The notes beneath the pieces were generated by a model that saw only the letters and a program-made list of their open reading frames with translations, searched no databases and was not told the origin of the DNA. The position numbers and the translations under genes were made by a program. A stretch of 48,990 nucleotides of DNA, the filler included, from Catajapyx aquilonaris (lineage: Eukaryota): NCBI GenBank assembly GCA_000934665.2. It is 3 parts of 3 records of this genome, joined end to end, with 100 filler letters (N's around TTAATTAATTAA, not from the genome) between each part and the next. Parts side by side here need not be neighbours in the genome. Positions count along the whole stretch, not along the records: positions 1 to 16,311 come from JYFJ02007296.1; positions 16,412 to 32,815 come from JYFJ02007297.1; 1 more part is not named here. The stretch is one strand, 5' to 3'. The stretch's first letter is position 1; each line of letters begins with the position of its first letter. Positions 15,001 through 25,624 of the stretch are shown piece by piece.

Positions 15001-16311
15001 GTGTACGTACAAAAAAAAGTGGCACACAGTTGCATCCAAAAAAAGGGCTGTCAAATATCTTAAAACTTCCAAGACATCTCGAGAGCAGGTTTTCACAAGT
15101 AGAGGAATATCAGATAATAGTCAATTCGTGGCAGAATCGGCAGAAAAATGGCCTGCTTTTCTGCCGCCTTTTCTTATGTGATGGGTGTACGAGTCAAGCA
15201 GCTGCCACTTTTATTTGCTACTTTCTAAATGTTCATATGCGCATAATGCTCTGCAGCTTTTGCGGTATTTCTGCCTGGTGTGGGCTTAAAAATGGAAAGG
15301 AGATTGGCGTGTATTATAATATGGGCGTAACCTTTAGTGATTATCACGTATATATTCAGTATTTCCCTCATATTATTGGCATGAACTCGACGGTTGAGGT
15401 AAGCTCAATTTCAGTATTGTCACACATAGTTAGAACATTTTTTTTTTGCAAAATGAACAATATAATGAATAAAAACATGCGCAGTTCGATAGGTCAGATC
15501 ATGTCCAGGGTTTTTTTTCCCCCTCCCGAAAGATATAAACATTTTTATATCAACGCTATGTAATGTGAGTCTGAAAAGGATTCGATCAGAATGGGATATC
15601 TTTGAATTTGTTTCCATATAAAATTGGATCCTTGGAAATCTCACTATCAGCGTGGGTGATCTCGGAATCTCCATATGAAAATGGGATATGTGCTTCATTT
15701 TGTTTGCTTCAAATTGTGGGATTCGTTTCTGCGCAACCTCTCTTACCTTTTGATATTAAACATAATTTTGTTCGATATGAGTTGCAACAAGTTGCAACAA
15801 TCATTCATTTGCTGGCGTGACCATTCAGTGCCAAATATTTGAATTTCTTATATTATGCTATTGTGTAAGTGAACTTTTTAATTTAAATTAATTTTTTGCC
15901 TCCACGCTTGCTTATACGTGGCATTAGCCATTTAATTTCCCCCAGGCTACAATGTTGTTCGAGTTGGCCTTACCTGTTCAGGTGCACTCCACTTACAACG
16001 CATTTTCGCAGCCTTGACGCTAACATTAATTCTGAAGATATGTTGGCTGCAAGTTCATATACGAAAGTAGCACATTTTCGTAATAGTCGCCTGGAATATT
16101 CTTCTACGCCGCATATGTCACCTTGGAATAGCAATAGCCTAATTCATATTTTCTCATCGTCTTTCAAAATGAAGCTGTGCATATCTGAAATAATAATTAG
16201 CGAATTAAGCCAGCGGGCATCGATTGGAGTTTTGTAGAGAGAACAAGGATAAGAAGAAGGTGGCGGTTGGGTGGAGGGGGTCTGGGAGGCGGAAGAAGAC
16301 TTGAGGGGGTG

Positions 16312-16411
16312 NNNNNNNNNNNNNNNNNNNNNNNNNNNNNNNNNNNNNNNNNNNNTTAATTAATTAANNNNNNNNNNNNNNNNNNNNNNNNNNNNNNNNN
16401 NNNNNNNNNNN
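16312..16411. other. Artificial contig-joining spacer (N44-TTAATTAATTAA-N44)
   Basis: Exactly 100 bp. The central TTAATTAATTAA gives stops in all six frames. An identical copy lies at 32816-32915. Confidence 0.95.
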
Positions 16412-17558
16412 GAACTTGTGTTAGAACTAGTGGGGGTTTCTCTGACTGGTTTAACATTAGTGTTGGGGTTAAGCAGGGTTGTGTCATGTCTCCCTGGTTA
16501 TTTAACTTATACTTAGATGCATGTGTAAGGGAAGCTATGGTTGAAGGTGTAGGAGTGCAGTTTGGTTTGGAGTTAGTTAGTCACTTGCTGTATGCAGATG
16601 ATTCTGCCCTTCTGGCGGAGAGTGAGGCTGATTTACAGTTGATCCTAGGCAAGTTAGATAATGTTTGTGAAAAGAGGGGTATGAGGATTAACGTAGATAA
16701 GACTAAGGTATTGGTATTTGAGAGGGGACAGCAGGTTTCTCCTTGTATGTTGCAGGTACGAGGAAAACTGGTTGAGCAGGTCAGCCAGTTTGTATACCTG
16801 GGTAGTGTCCTTGAGAGTAATGGTAGAATTGATGGGGAAATAGACAGAAGAGTTAGTTCTGGGTTGAAAGTGATAGGTGCCACAAGTAAGTTTTCTAGAA
16901 ATAAGGACTTATCTTCTGCCTGTAGGTTGTCTGTCTATTCTCACGTTATTGTTCCTTCACTTATGTATGGTAGTGAAGCGTGGGTCTGGTCAGATAGGCA
17001 TAAGAGTAGGGTGTTGGCTACAGAGATGCGTTATCTCCGGGCTGTTTGTGGGGTTACCAAGTTCGATAGGATTAGGAATGAGGAGATTTTGGAGAGGTGT
17101 AATGTTAAGGAGACTGTTAAAGATTAGGTGTGTAGGTCTACTCTAAGGTGGTTTGGCCATGTGGAGAGGATGAAGGAGGAGGAGATTGTGAAGAAGGTTT
17201 ATATGGGTGGAGTAGTTGGTAAGAGGGGCAAGGGTAGGCCTAGGAAGACATGGTTGGACCAGGTGGGTCAGTGTCTTAAGGGTGTTGCTAGTGTTAAGCC
17301 GAGACGTTCTTGTGTCAATAGGACCATGGACGTGGCTGAGGCTAGGGTTGTTTGTTTGGATAGGTGTAAATGGCGTAGGTTAATTAATGGGTAAATAGGT
17401 AAATATGTCTGAGGATAAGGTGATGTCTGAGGTGGGCAGGGGTGGGGGGTAGGACAGGTTGTTTTTAGGTTCTTTCTCATGAGTTTTATTAGTTCATATG
17501 TTGGGTTAGCTTGCATCTCCCTTCATCGCTGACTACCCCTCATAGGGAAATGTCGTGA

Positions 17559-17606
<48 letters not shown>
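16412..17606 (+). mobile_element. RTE-clade non-LTR retrotransposon, 3' portion (RT C-terminal half, 3' UTR, (GTT)n tail), cut off by the contig edge
   Basis: The frame 16414-17394 reads GVKQGCVMSPWLFNLY...LLYADD...FVYLGS...YGSEAW...LRWFGHVERM...GRPRKTW, which are RTE-like RT motifs. There is one in-frame TAG at 17125-17127, a 3' stem-loop at about 17524-17560 and a (GTT)n tail at 17560-17606. Confidence 0.93.
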
Positions 17607-18209
17607 ATTAATTATTATATAATACTTTTCAATGTATTGACTATATACAAATATACAATCATTCTTTGAACAATGCCTGAAATGATCGCTAATTCAAAAA
17701 ATAAACATGCACTTCCTACTGTTATATACTGTAAAAACAATGGCAAAAGTTAATTGCAATGATCATTTTAATGCATTTTAATTCCTTGGGATCCAAAAAG
17801 ACCCCACGGCACGGTTCCAGGGATAACGCCCGAATTACTGCTCTATTCTGAAAAATGAAAATTAGGCACCCTAAGGTGAAGGCAGCTACTCATCCCCTTG
17901 AAATAAGTAAGTTATGCTAGGACGCTAGGTCTATACGCAACGACACTCTCTGGTCCTGCAGCCATGTCCTCCTAGACCTATACCCTTACTTACCCCTCAT
18001 ACCAACAACTTCACCTCCAATAAACCAAATATAGACGAGCGATTCGTGGAGAACTGAGTGAGTTTATTTTGCAGGCTTTGTGACGGAATTAAATAAAATC
18101 ACGAATAGAGTACGCGATTTAAGAATCACGCTACAAGTGAACCGCGATTTTTAAATATTAGTTATTCTTAAGCGCGACGTGATTTTGGCCAACGCTATTG
18201 CTGCCACAG

Positions 18210-18827
18210 TTCGACTGTTGGTTCGACTATCTTTGAGACACAGCGGGCATAACCGTGAGCCGCCGCACCGTGAGGATAGGCACTGGCAGCACGGGAAGGT
18301 AAAGGATTCGATAATTTCGCAGTACCTTTTAAGTACCGGTAAATGTCCCATTTTTTAGGGTCTACGACTACCGGGGGTGTTCGTCGAACCGAAAGGCGGG
18401 GTAGGCAGAGGAGCCAAGCTGCAAGAAGTGCTGCTGCATACCATGGACCAGCTCCCAGAAGCGCTGTTGCATGCCAGAGGCCAGCACCAACGGCTGATTG
18501 ACGCTGTTCGTAGTTCCCGTGAGGAGGTGCGTAAAGCCTTACATTAGATTAGCATCAGCAATGGCGTCGCAATGCAACTGACCTACTGGTGTGGACAGGC
18601 CTTTAATTATTATTGCGCCTAATTTTCAGTATTCAGCTCTGATAAAGGAGTCAGCAGAGTTGTGGAAGGTAACAAAAGAGTGGAAGCCAGCGGAGGGGAC
18701 AACTGGTCTGTACAGAACATATACTATGAAAGGAGAACAGCTAGAGGATAGGTGGGCCGAATTAATGAAGAAACTGAAGAAAATACAGGAAGAGGCGGCT
18801 AACCTGCTGGCATCCCTTAGAAGATGA
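18210..18827 (+). CDS. Putative spliced orphan gene, 3' exons (18210-18298, 18359-18526, 18630-18827), with a C-terminal coiled coil
   Basis: Two phase-0 GT-AG introns join open frames: ...HWQHGK|GLRLPGVFVE...AVRSSREE|YSALIKESAELW...WAELMKKLKKIQEEAANLLASLRR*. AATAAA follows the stop directly (18828-18833). The 5' end is unresolved. Confidence 0.5.
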
Positions 18828-19510
18828 AATAAAGGTTCTTTTCATGATAGTAGTTGGATTGTTTCCCTACTTAATTTTTCTGGGATGATGGGTCCATTAG
18901 GGGAATAAAATTTGATAGCAGATATGTGGCGTTATTTCCTGCTATATAGATTTTCAATTTATTCAATTCAACATTTTAGGAGTTCATCCACATTTGTAAG
19001 CACCAAAACTATTTTTGGCAGGGACAATGAAGACTTTTATAAAAAGAAACAGGAATCACTAATGCATATCAACCCTAGGAAGCCTCAGAAAGGATAAGGC
19101 ACCATCATTATGGGAAATGGCTTTCGACTCAATTCTCCAAATTTTTTATATGTTGTAGAAAATAAGATGGTAATCAATTCTTAACATTGTGCCAAGACCT
19201 GAAAATCATCAGGTCACCCGCTATGTCGGGTCAAAGGGCAGCCTACTATTCCCTCAGAAGGTCCATAAAAATGATGTAGTACCAATGGAATGGCTTGATT
19301 ACCTGGTTCAGAAAAAACCCCACATGTTGACCCCTGTGACCTACAGGTCACATGCTACATTTTCCTTTTCCAAACGTAGCCACTGACATAGTCATAGAAC
19401 TCAAGTGGTACATACAGGGTGTTCCCGAAGTCATCTGCCAAAATGATATGGCGTGGTAAGGGGTGCCTGTGGAATAAGAATGGCATGGGTTCGAAAAGCA
19501 GGCGGCTATG

Positions 19511-19699
19511 TTGACGTCGACAATGTCTATCCTGACAGGTATGGATACCCCTGTACATGCCTGCATTGGTGGTTGCTGGGGTCAGGGAATGGTAGAGGAG
19601 TGCAAATGCCTGTCCCCAGCAACCAGCAATGCAGGCATGTACCGGGGGGGGGGGGGGGTNGGTATCCATACTTGTTAAGATACACATCGTCGATGTCAA
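19511..19699. repeat. Imperfect inverted repeat (hairpin, ~75-bp arms)
   Basis: ttgacgtcgac...ggtatggatacc...gtacatgcctgcattg...ggttgctgggg pairs with ccccagcaacc...caatgcaggcatgtac...ggtatccatac...gtcgatgtcaa. Confidence 0.8.
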
Positions 19700-19798
19700 A
19701 GGTTGACATCTCCAAAACTGATTATCGACGGCCTTTCTGGCCCATGCGAGGGATTACCCACTCTCCTAAAAAGTGTACACCATGATTTCTTAATCCAT

Positions 19799-19957
19799 GA
19801 TTACCCGAGATTACCTTATGATTGCCAGAATTACCTAGATTACCTTATGATTACCTAAGATTACTTAGGAATTCTGAAGATTCCTCTAGTACAGTAGCAC
19901 TACTGTACTTGGGGAATCTTCAGAAATCCTAAGTAGTCTTAGGTAATCTTGGTAATT
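19799..19957. repeat. Palindrome with ~10-bp GATTACCTAA-like tandem subunits
   Basis: gattacctaagattacttaggaattctgaagattcc...agtacagtag pairs with ctactgtact...ggaatcttcagaaatcctaagtagtcttaggtaatc (core 19849-19948). Confidence 0.8.
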
Positions 19958-20226
19958 GTACGTAATCTAAAGTTATACCTAAAAAACAAACTATTAACTC
20001 TTTATTTTTTGGGTGTAACTCTTTCAAAGTGATATGATTGATCTGAAATTTGGGCATTTGAGTATTGAAGAATATCAGATCTGTCTGATGTAGAGAAATA
20101 TTGACAAGATTTTTGTATGTCTTTTCATGCATGTCAAAATCCAACAAGCTATTCATACAACCACAACAATCGGAAAAGTCAACCAAATACTACAGATAAT
20201 ATATTGCAAGCTATAACCACTCGCAT

Positions 20227-20482
20227 CTAGTACTCGGTCAAGTAACCCTTGGTGTCGATGATGGCTTGACATCTGCGAGGCATCGAGGAGACCAACTTGT
20301 CCAACACCAATCGTGGGATCTTCTTCCACTCTACCTCCTGTCGCTTGAACTTATCGGTGGTACCAAGAGCTCTTGGTGGTACTGGATGCTCTCTAGTTCT
20401 TCAGATGACACCCCAGATGCTCCCATAAGTGCTCGAAAGGATTGAGGTCCAGAGATTGGCTTGACCAGTCCTTTACGGCCAC
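20227..20482 (-). pseudogene. Tc1-family transposase C-terminal fragment (degenerate)
   Basis: The minus strand reads VKDWSSQSLDLNPFEHLWEHL (Tc1 WPSQSPDLNPIEHLW motif). After a stop and a frameshift it reads EWKKIPRLVLDKLVSSMPRRCQAIIDTKGYLTEY*, the typical Tc1 C-terminus. Confidence 0.88.
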
Positions 20483-20534
20483 CCTGGTAGAAAATGATGA
20501 GACATGTTCATTATGTAATAATTATATTATTATA

Positions 20535-20671
20535 CAAGGGGTTAACCACTCGACTGTAAAGTGTACACTGGAGTACCAAATTCAAGGAGTACCAAAGAGT
20601 AAGGTACCTAAGGAGTACCAGGGAGTACCACTACAGGTGTACACCAGAGTACGGAAGTGGTTAAACCCTTG
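20535..20671. mobile_element. Small MITE
   Basis: 16-bp TIRs caaggggttaaccact / agtggttaaacccttg (1 mismatch), internal GGAGTACC repeats, and flanks ttattata / atattata that may be an 8-bp TSD. Confidence 0.65.
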
Positions 20672-21989
20672 ATATTATATGATTGATAGCACAATATACC
20701 ACTTGTTTTACTAATGTTCTTTTTTTAAAGAAGCAAGACAGTGTTTAGAAGAATTTCCAAGGGTTCCTATAGGCAGGTTACATGTATTATTTTGAATATA
20801 CCAGTAATAAGAGGTTTTGCAATATATAATTTGTTTTTGCAAGCAACCAAAAAGTTGAAATTGTGTGACATTGTGTTATAAATCATGAGAGTGTCTTTCC
20901 GTGTATGGGATACCCGTCAAACAGAAAAAAACACATCATAATTATCATCTCATATCATAATTATCATATCATATATTCGAGTTTTTTACCCTCAAAAATC
21001 TTCAGGGTCAGTTCTTCATCATAGTTTTCACTTCTATTGCCATTAACGTAGTGAAAAGTATGATGAATCAACTTGCCCACACTTTTGTATTATTACAAAT
21101 CACTACAAAGCATTGTCAATAAAGGCAATCATCTTTTAACATTTCAAAAATTACAAGCGTCAATTGCAACAATATCTATAGATGAATTATTTTTTAATGA
21201 GTGCAACAGAGTGCTCGCCACAGTTCATGCAGCTTGTAGAGTTGGCATTATCAATATCTGATAAGAGCTCTGTATAGTGGGTGTACTTATAAATAAGCCC
21301 TGCACTTATTTCCATCGAACTATGCTTTGGGGAGGGTGGGACAAAATGGCCAACTCTTGTGTACCCCACTGCAGCAGGGAACATTGCTACAGTTGGCTCA
21401 CTCCTGGAAAAATAATTCCTACGCCTGCCATGAAATCCTCTGGCAGGACAGTTGCAGGTAGGTGTATTGAACAGATGTCTCAACAATCTCCTGCTTTCCT
21501 ACCACTTACATGTAGAATATGGGCCACAGATAGATACACCTTGACAGTGGTTATCATCATATTTGTACTTAACTCATTTGTTATTTCCACATAGCGTTGA
21601 CAGGCCCCCTTTATTGATTTGACTCAATTCGTAAAATTGGTACCTGAGGCCATTGTTTTACATTTGCCAGTCATTTCCCCATTTGCTGTGCCCAATGCAA
21701 TACATTCACCTGATTTGAATTCACATACTATTGAATCTATTCCTTTAAATCAACCCCATACCAATATTCTAGCATGTCAACTTAAAACTGTTGGAAACCC
21801 TGAAAGGTGAGATAGGCCATGTTAAGTTGATGCTGCCAGCCACAACCCCTTGCTGGGATACTTACTGAAATACAGTACAGTAGTTCCAATGTGCATTGTA
21901 CTTTTTTTTAAACGGTTTCTAATTTAGACTGACAGAAGTTGTTTACTTCACTGTACCCTTGTACTGTACTGTCCAACTGCACTGATTGG

Positions 21990-22051
21990 TGCATTCCAAA
22001 ACGTGGTATAATGTACTGTATACAGTACATTACACCACGTTTTGGAATGCA
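21990..22051. repeat. 62-bp loopless palindrome
   Basis: tgcattccaaaacgtggtataatgtactgta|tacagtacattacaccacgttttggaatgca, with one mismatch. Confidence 0.9.
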
Positions 22052-22269
22052 GTATACCGTATGTACACATAATGTATACAGCCCCAATAAGAGGGGGAAT
22101 GCTCTACATTGGCAGGGAGCAGGGTACGACCAATTTAAAAATTGAAGGGTTTGATGCAAAAACAGGATAAATCCACTTTTGTTACTTTCGAGATTGTTGA
22201 ATAGGATGATACCAAAGTCAACATGCACCAGAATATAATGTGAACATGTCTTCCACTCTACCACAGAGA

Positions 22270-23440
22270 CAGCGTTTCAAAACTAAAAATATGTAAGAAA
22301 AAACCATAATTCGCGAGGTGTACTTTCTATATCGGGTTAAATAATATTTTGCTATGTTTTCAAAGTCTCCGATTCTGATTCCGTGGTCATTATTTACACA
22401 AGACCTACCTACAGGGTGCGTGTCAAAAGTTTTGCCGAAATAACCAAACTTCGAATGCTCTTCAAGTATTAATAATATCATTATAAAGTATTAATATCAC
22501 ATTATAATTAGTTCAAAAGTGTTTTGACATGTTATTTAGGGCACTGAATTAGTTTAAAATGTAAATGAAAGTTTAAACCTACAGGGTGTACCAAAAATCA
22601 CGTCCCAAACACATTGTTATTTGTTACACTACAGACTACACTGCACTGGTTCGAAAATCCTCACTTTCTGAGGTCGATGAATTGCACATAGGGAGGTAAT
22701 TGCTAACCGTATACATACAGGGTGTGCCAGAAGTTTCTCCTAAAATCACTACACTGCACACACGTAATCATACTTGGTGCAGTAAGTCTATATAGGCTTC
22801 TTCCTGCACCATGAGTAAAAACAAAATGTCTACCTCAGGTGTTCTATGTTTTAATTCTCACCTGTGCCTAATTTCACTTAGTTAAGATCCGAAATTAGCA
22901 TAAGTCGGGCCTGTCGGGGGGAAAACATCTTTATTGATTTCCAAGTGATAACTTTCTCTGGTATGGTGCTCCTTGTGACGAATCACTATGCAACAAATTG
23001 TCAGCCATCACTATGCACCAGTCACTACATGTGAACGATGAGCAATTCACGATTATGCAATTCATTGACCTCGAGAAAATGAGGATTTTCGAACAAGTGC
23101 AGTGTAACAGTACCTACGTGAGTTTGGTGTTCGGGACGTGATTTGTGGCACACCCTGTAGGTTTCAACTTTATTTAACATTTTAAACAAATTTCGCGCCC
23201 TAGATAATATGTCTAAATACTGCTGAACTAATTTTAACATGATGTTATTAATACTTGAAAGAGCATTCGAAGTTATGTGATTTCGGCAAAACTTGTGACA
23301 CACCCGGTAGGTCTAGAGTAAAAAATGTCAACGGAATCAGAATTGGCGACCTTGAAAACATTAGAAAAAAATTGCACAAATATAGACAGCGAAGTTTGCG
23401 AAGGGATATTTTTCCTTTTCTGCGTTTTGAAATTTTTGAA
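22270..23440. mobile_element. Old foldback/MITE with ~420-bp diverged inverted arms (Tc1/mariner-like)
   Basis: About 22270-22717 is the reverse complement of about 23029-23440, e.g. aacttcgaatgctcttcaagtattaataa / ttattaatacttgaaagagcattcgaagtt. Internal TACAGGGTG motifs are typical of Tc1/mariner ends. Boundaries are approximate. Confidence 0.75.
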
Positions 23441-24029
23441 CCACTGACTGCACTGCTCCCGAGGCGTGCATTTTTTAATGTTTTTATTTCCTATTCCGGT
23501 AGGCGCGACTAGGCGCAGATGAAACATTATTTTTTACTTCACCCACACACGAGAGCTACACATTAGAGCAATTCCATCAATTCCTCGTAATTACTCCGTA
23601 TTCCGCAGCATATTTTATGAAAAGTTGCTAAAATTAATGCGCACCCTATAGGGTGCACTTTTAAAATATTTTTTTTAGGAATGATAGGTAAAGATTAAAT
23701 CGACATCACATCCATGTTATCATTCTTCATGAAACACTGAACAACACTGTATGCTGGACATTTCTTAATTCAACTTCATAACTAGCTGTAATGAACGACA
23801 ATATGGGGATTTTCAAGGAAAAATGGCCAAGACGAAAAAAAAGAACAAATTTTGGCGATTTTTTCATTACTTTCGGAGCATGGGGTATTTATCATGCAAT
23901 AAGGATTGAACAAACAAGTAGTACCACATATGTACCTCAGATACTGCACTTTCATTTGCGCAGTTTGCAAGTTCATACTAAATAGTCAAAAATGGATTCT
24001 TTCGCACCTTTTTCTCGTTTTGAACCACT

Positions 24030-24336
24030 GTGGCGTGGCTCGTCGGTGAGGATGAGGCATCGAGCCCGCCTGTTGAAGCCGGGGAAACATCCCAATGCAG
24101 TAGAATGTCGGAGCCCAGCAGCAGACAGCCCGCAGACACGATCGGATCACCAAGAACCGGAGTCGAGGCCTACACTCGTTCCGGACGAGAGGTTAAGAGA
24201 CCAATAAAATTGGACCTGTGAGAACAAAAGGAGGGAGATGTTGTAAGAGTAGCCGACAGATGGGTCTGCGTTTGGCGGTGAGGTTGGAAATAAAACAAAA
24301 GACTCCACTCTGGAGTCCATCTTGTTTGCTGCGACC
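24030..24336 (+). mobile_element. Ty3/Gypsy LTR retrotransposon 3' remnant (end of pol, polypurine tract, short LTR)
   Basis: The ORF ends TRSGREVKRPIKLDL* (typical Gypsy integrase tail). It is followed by the purine tract AAAAGGAGGGAGA (24226-24238), then TGTTG at 24239 and an internal AATAAA. The LTR 3' end is uncertain. Confidence 0.72.
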
Positions 24337-24539
24337 TGGCTGAAACAAAATGGCTGATCTGTTAAGTAGTTAAGAGAAAAGGTTCACGTCGTTACATCTA
24401 GCCGATTGGAAGGGTCTGAAGGTGCGGAGATGGCCGGAGTTGGATTGACATTGAAGGAGGTGATGAATGCGGCGTGGCAGCCAACAGGAGACTTCTGGAG
24501 CTTCTTTTGAATGAAGGAAGGAAGACGGAGGAGCGGGTG

Positions 24540-25624
24540 ATGGCCAGAGTTGGGAAGCTGGAGGAGAGGGTAGAGGAGATGGAGAACAGGCTGGTGGCCG
24601 TTATAGAGGGAGTGGTCAGGACGCAGCCGAATGGTGATCAGGAAGGTATATAGACAGGTGTAGAAGTAGTTAGCAGTATAATACCGTACCTTACATCCAC
24701 AGTCGTAATACCGTCGGAAAACCCCCTACCTGAATTAGTGGACATATCTGAACTCTCGGAAGCTGAGGATGCCGCTGCTGAGGACACGGTTGCGACTATG
24801 GAGAATGTGTTAGAAGCTGGAGCACAACAAAGTGGATTGGCAATCAGTGGTGATGAACTTCGTCAGTTTTTGATTGTTCAAGCACTCATTTACTGTTGTC
24901 CGCAGATGGCTGGGATGTGGCGAACGGTACTATACTGTGGCAACAACTTCTAGAATGTGACCTGGAAGCGTCCACAGAAGAGCAGGCTTCACAATCTGCG
25001 GCCGCTTCCAGTATGGTTGGAAGTGGGACGATGGAGTCAGAATTGGATGGCAATATTAAAATTTATGTAATGGGCAACACATCATGTTTGTGTCTGGATT
25101 GAATTGCACTGAAAATGACTTTCTACCTGCAGGAAAACTGCCAACTTCAATTACAGGAGAGTAATGCTAGTCAATTTGGAGAAGGAGCTGAATGTTACGA
25201 GGTAATGCCAGTGAGTGAGGTACGCTGCACTTGCATAATAATAATAATCAGTGCATATATGGAATAAATGCGAAAATCAATTTTTCAGTCTACCGCAGTG
25301 AAAGAACCGTTCTGCTGTGGGATATGCGATGCTAAATTCTACACCGCTGACAGGTTGGTCGCCTGCGTTGCTAGTCACTCTCCTGAGAAGCAGTGTCCAG
25401 GGAATGATGATCCAAATAGAGGGAGTGATCAGACCACTGGATGCAGATCCGGTGTGATACAGGAGAGTTATGAACAAAGAGATGCGGCCCTGAACAAAAG
25501 TGAGGCCAGTTCCAATGAAGCAAGGCCGCAGGGAACATGTGAATACAGGAAGTACAAATGTGGATTGTGTTTGTACAGTACTTATCGAAAGTCACAATGG
25601 GATCTTCACATGACGTTTCATTGA
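24540..25624 (+). CDS. Five-exon gene: N-terminal coiled coil, acidic linker, one degenerate and one canonical C2H2 zinc finger
   Basis: Exons 24540-24645, 24703-24831 (or 24849), 24906-25066, 25133-25201 and 25289-25624 have compatible phases (1,1,0,0). Protein: MARVGKLEERVEEMENRL...FCCGICDAKFYTADRLVACVASH...YKCGLCLYSTYRKSQWDLHMTFH*. The true start may be upstream (ATG 24430 is out of frame). Confidence 0.65.

Noticed and set aside
132..16237. Many 60-180 aa ORFs in contig 1
   Set aside because: They are low-complexity or random-looking translations, many with non-ATG starts, no domain motifs and no consistent exon chains.
16356..16367. TTAATTAATTAA as a homeodomain site or piggyBac target
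   Set aside because: It is centred in symmetric N runs and repeated at 32860-32871, so it is an artificial linker.
18980..19500. Coding-looking sequence, also at 21190-21810 (-), 27357-27745 (-) and 46900-47143 (+)
   Set aside because: These have exon-like edges but stops or no recognisable motif. They may be decayed genes, but I cannot support a call.
19799..20671. CRISPR-like short repeats
   Set aside because: The units are 8-10 bp with no unique spacers, the context is eukaryotic, and there are no cas genes.
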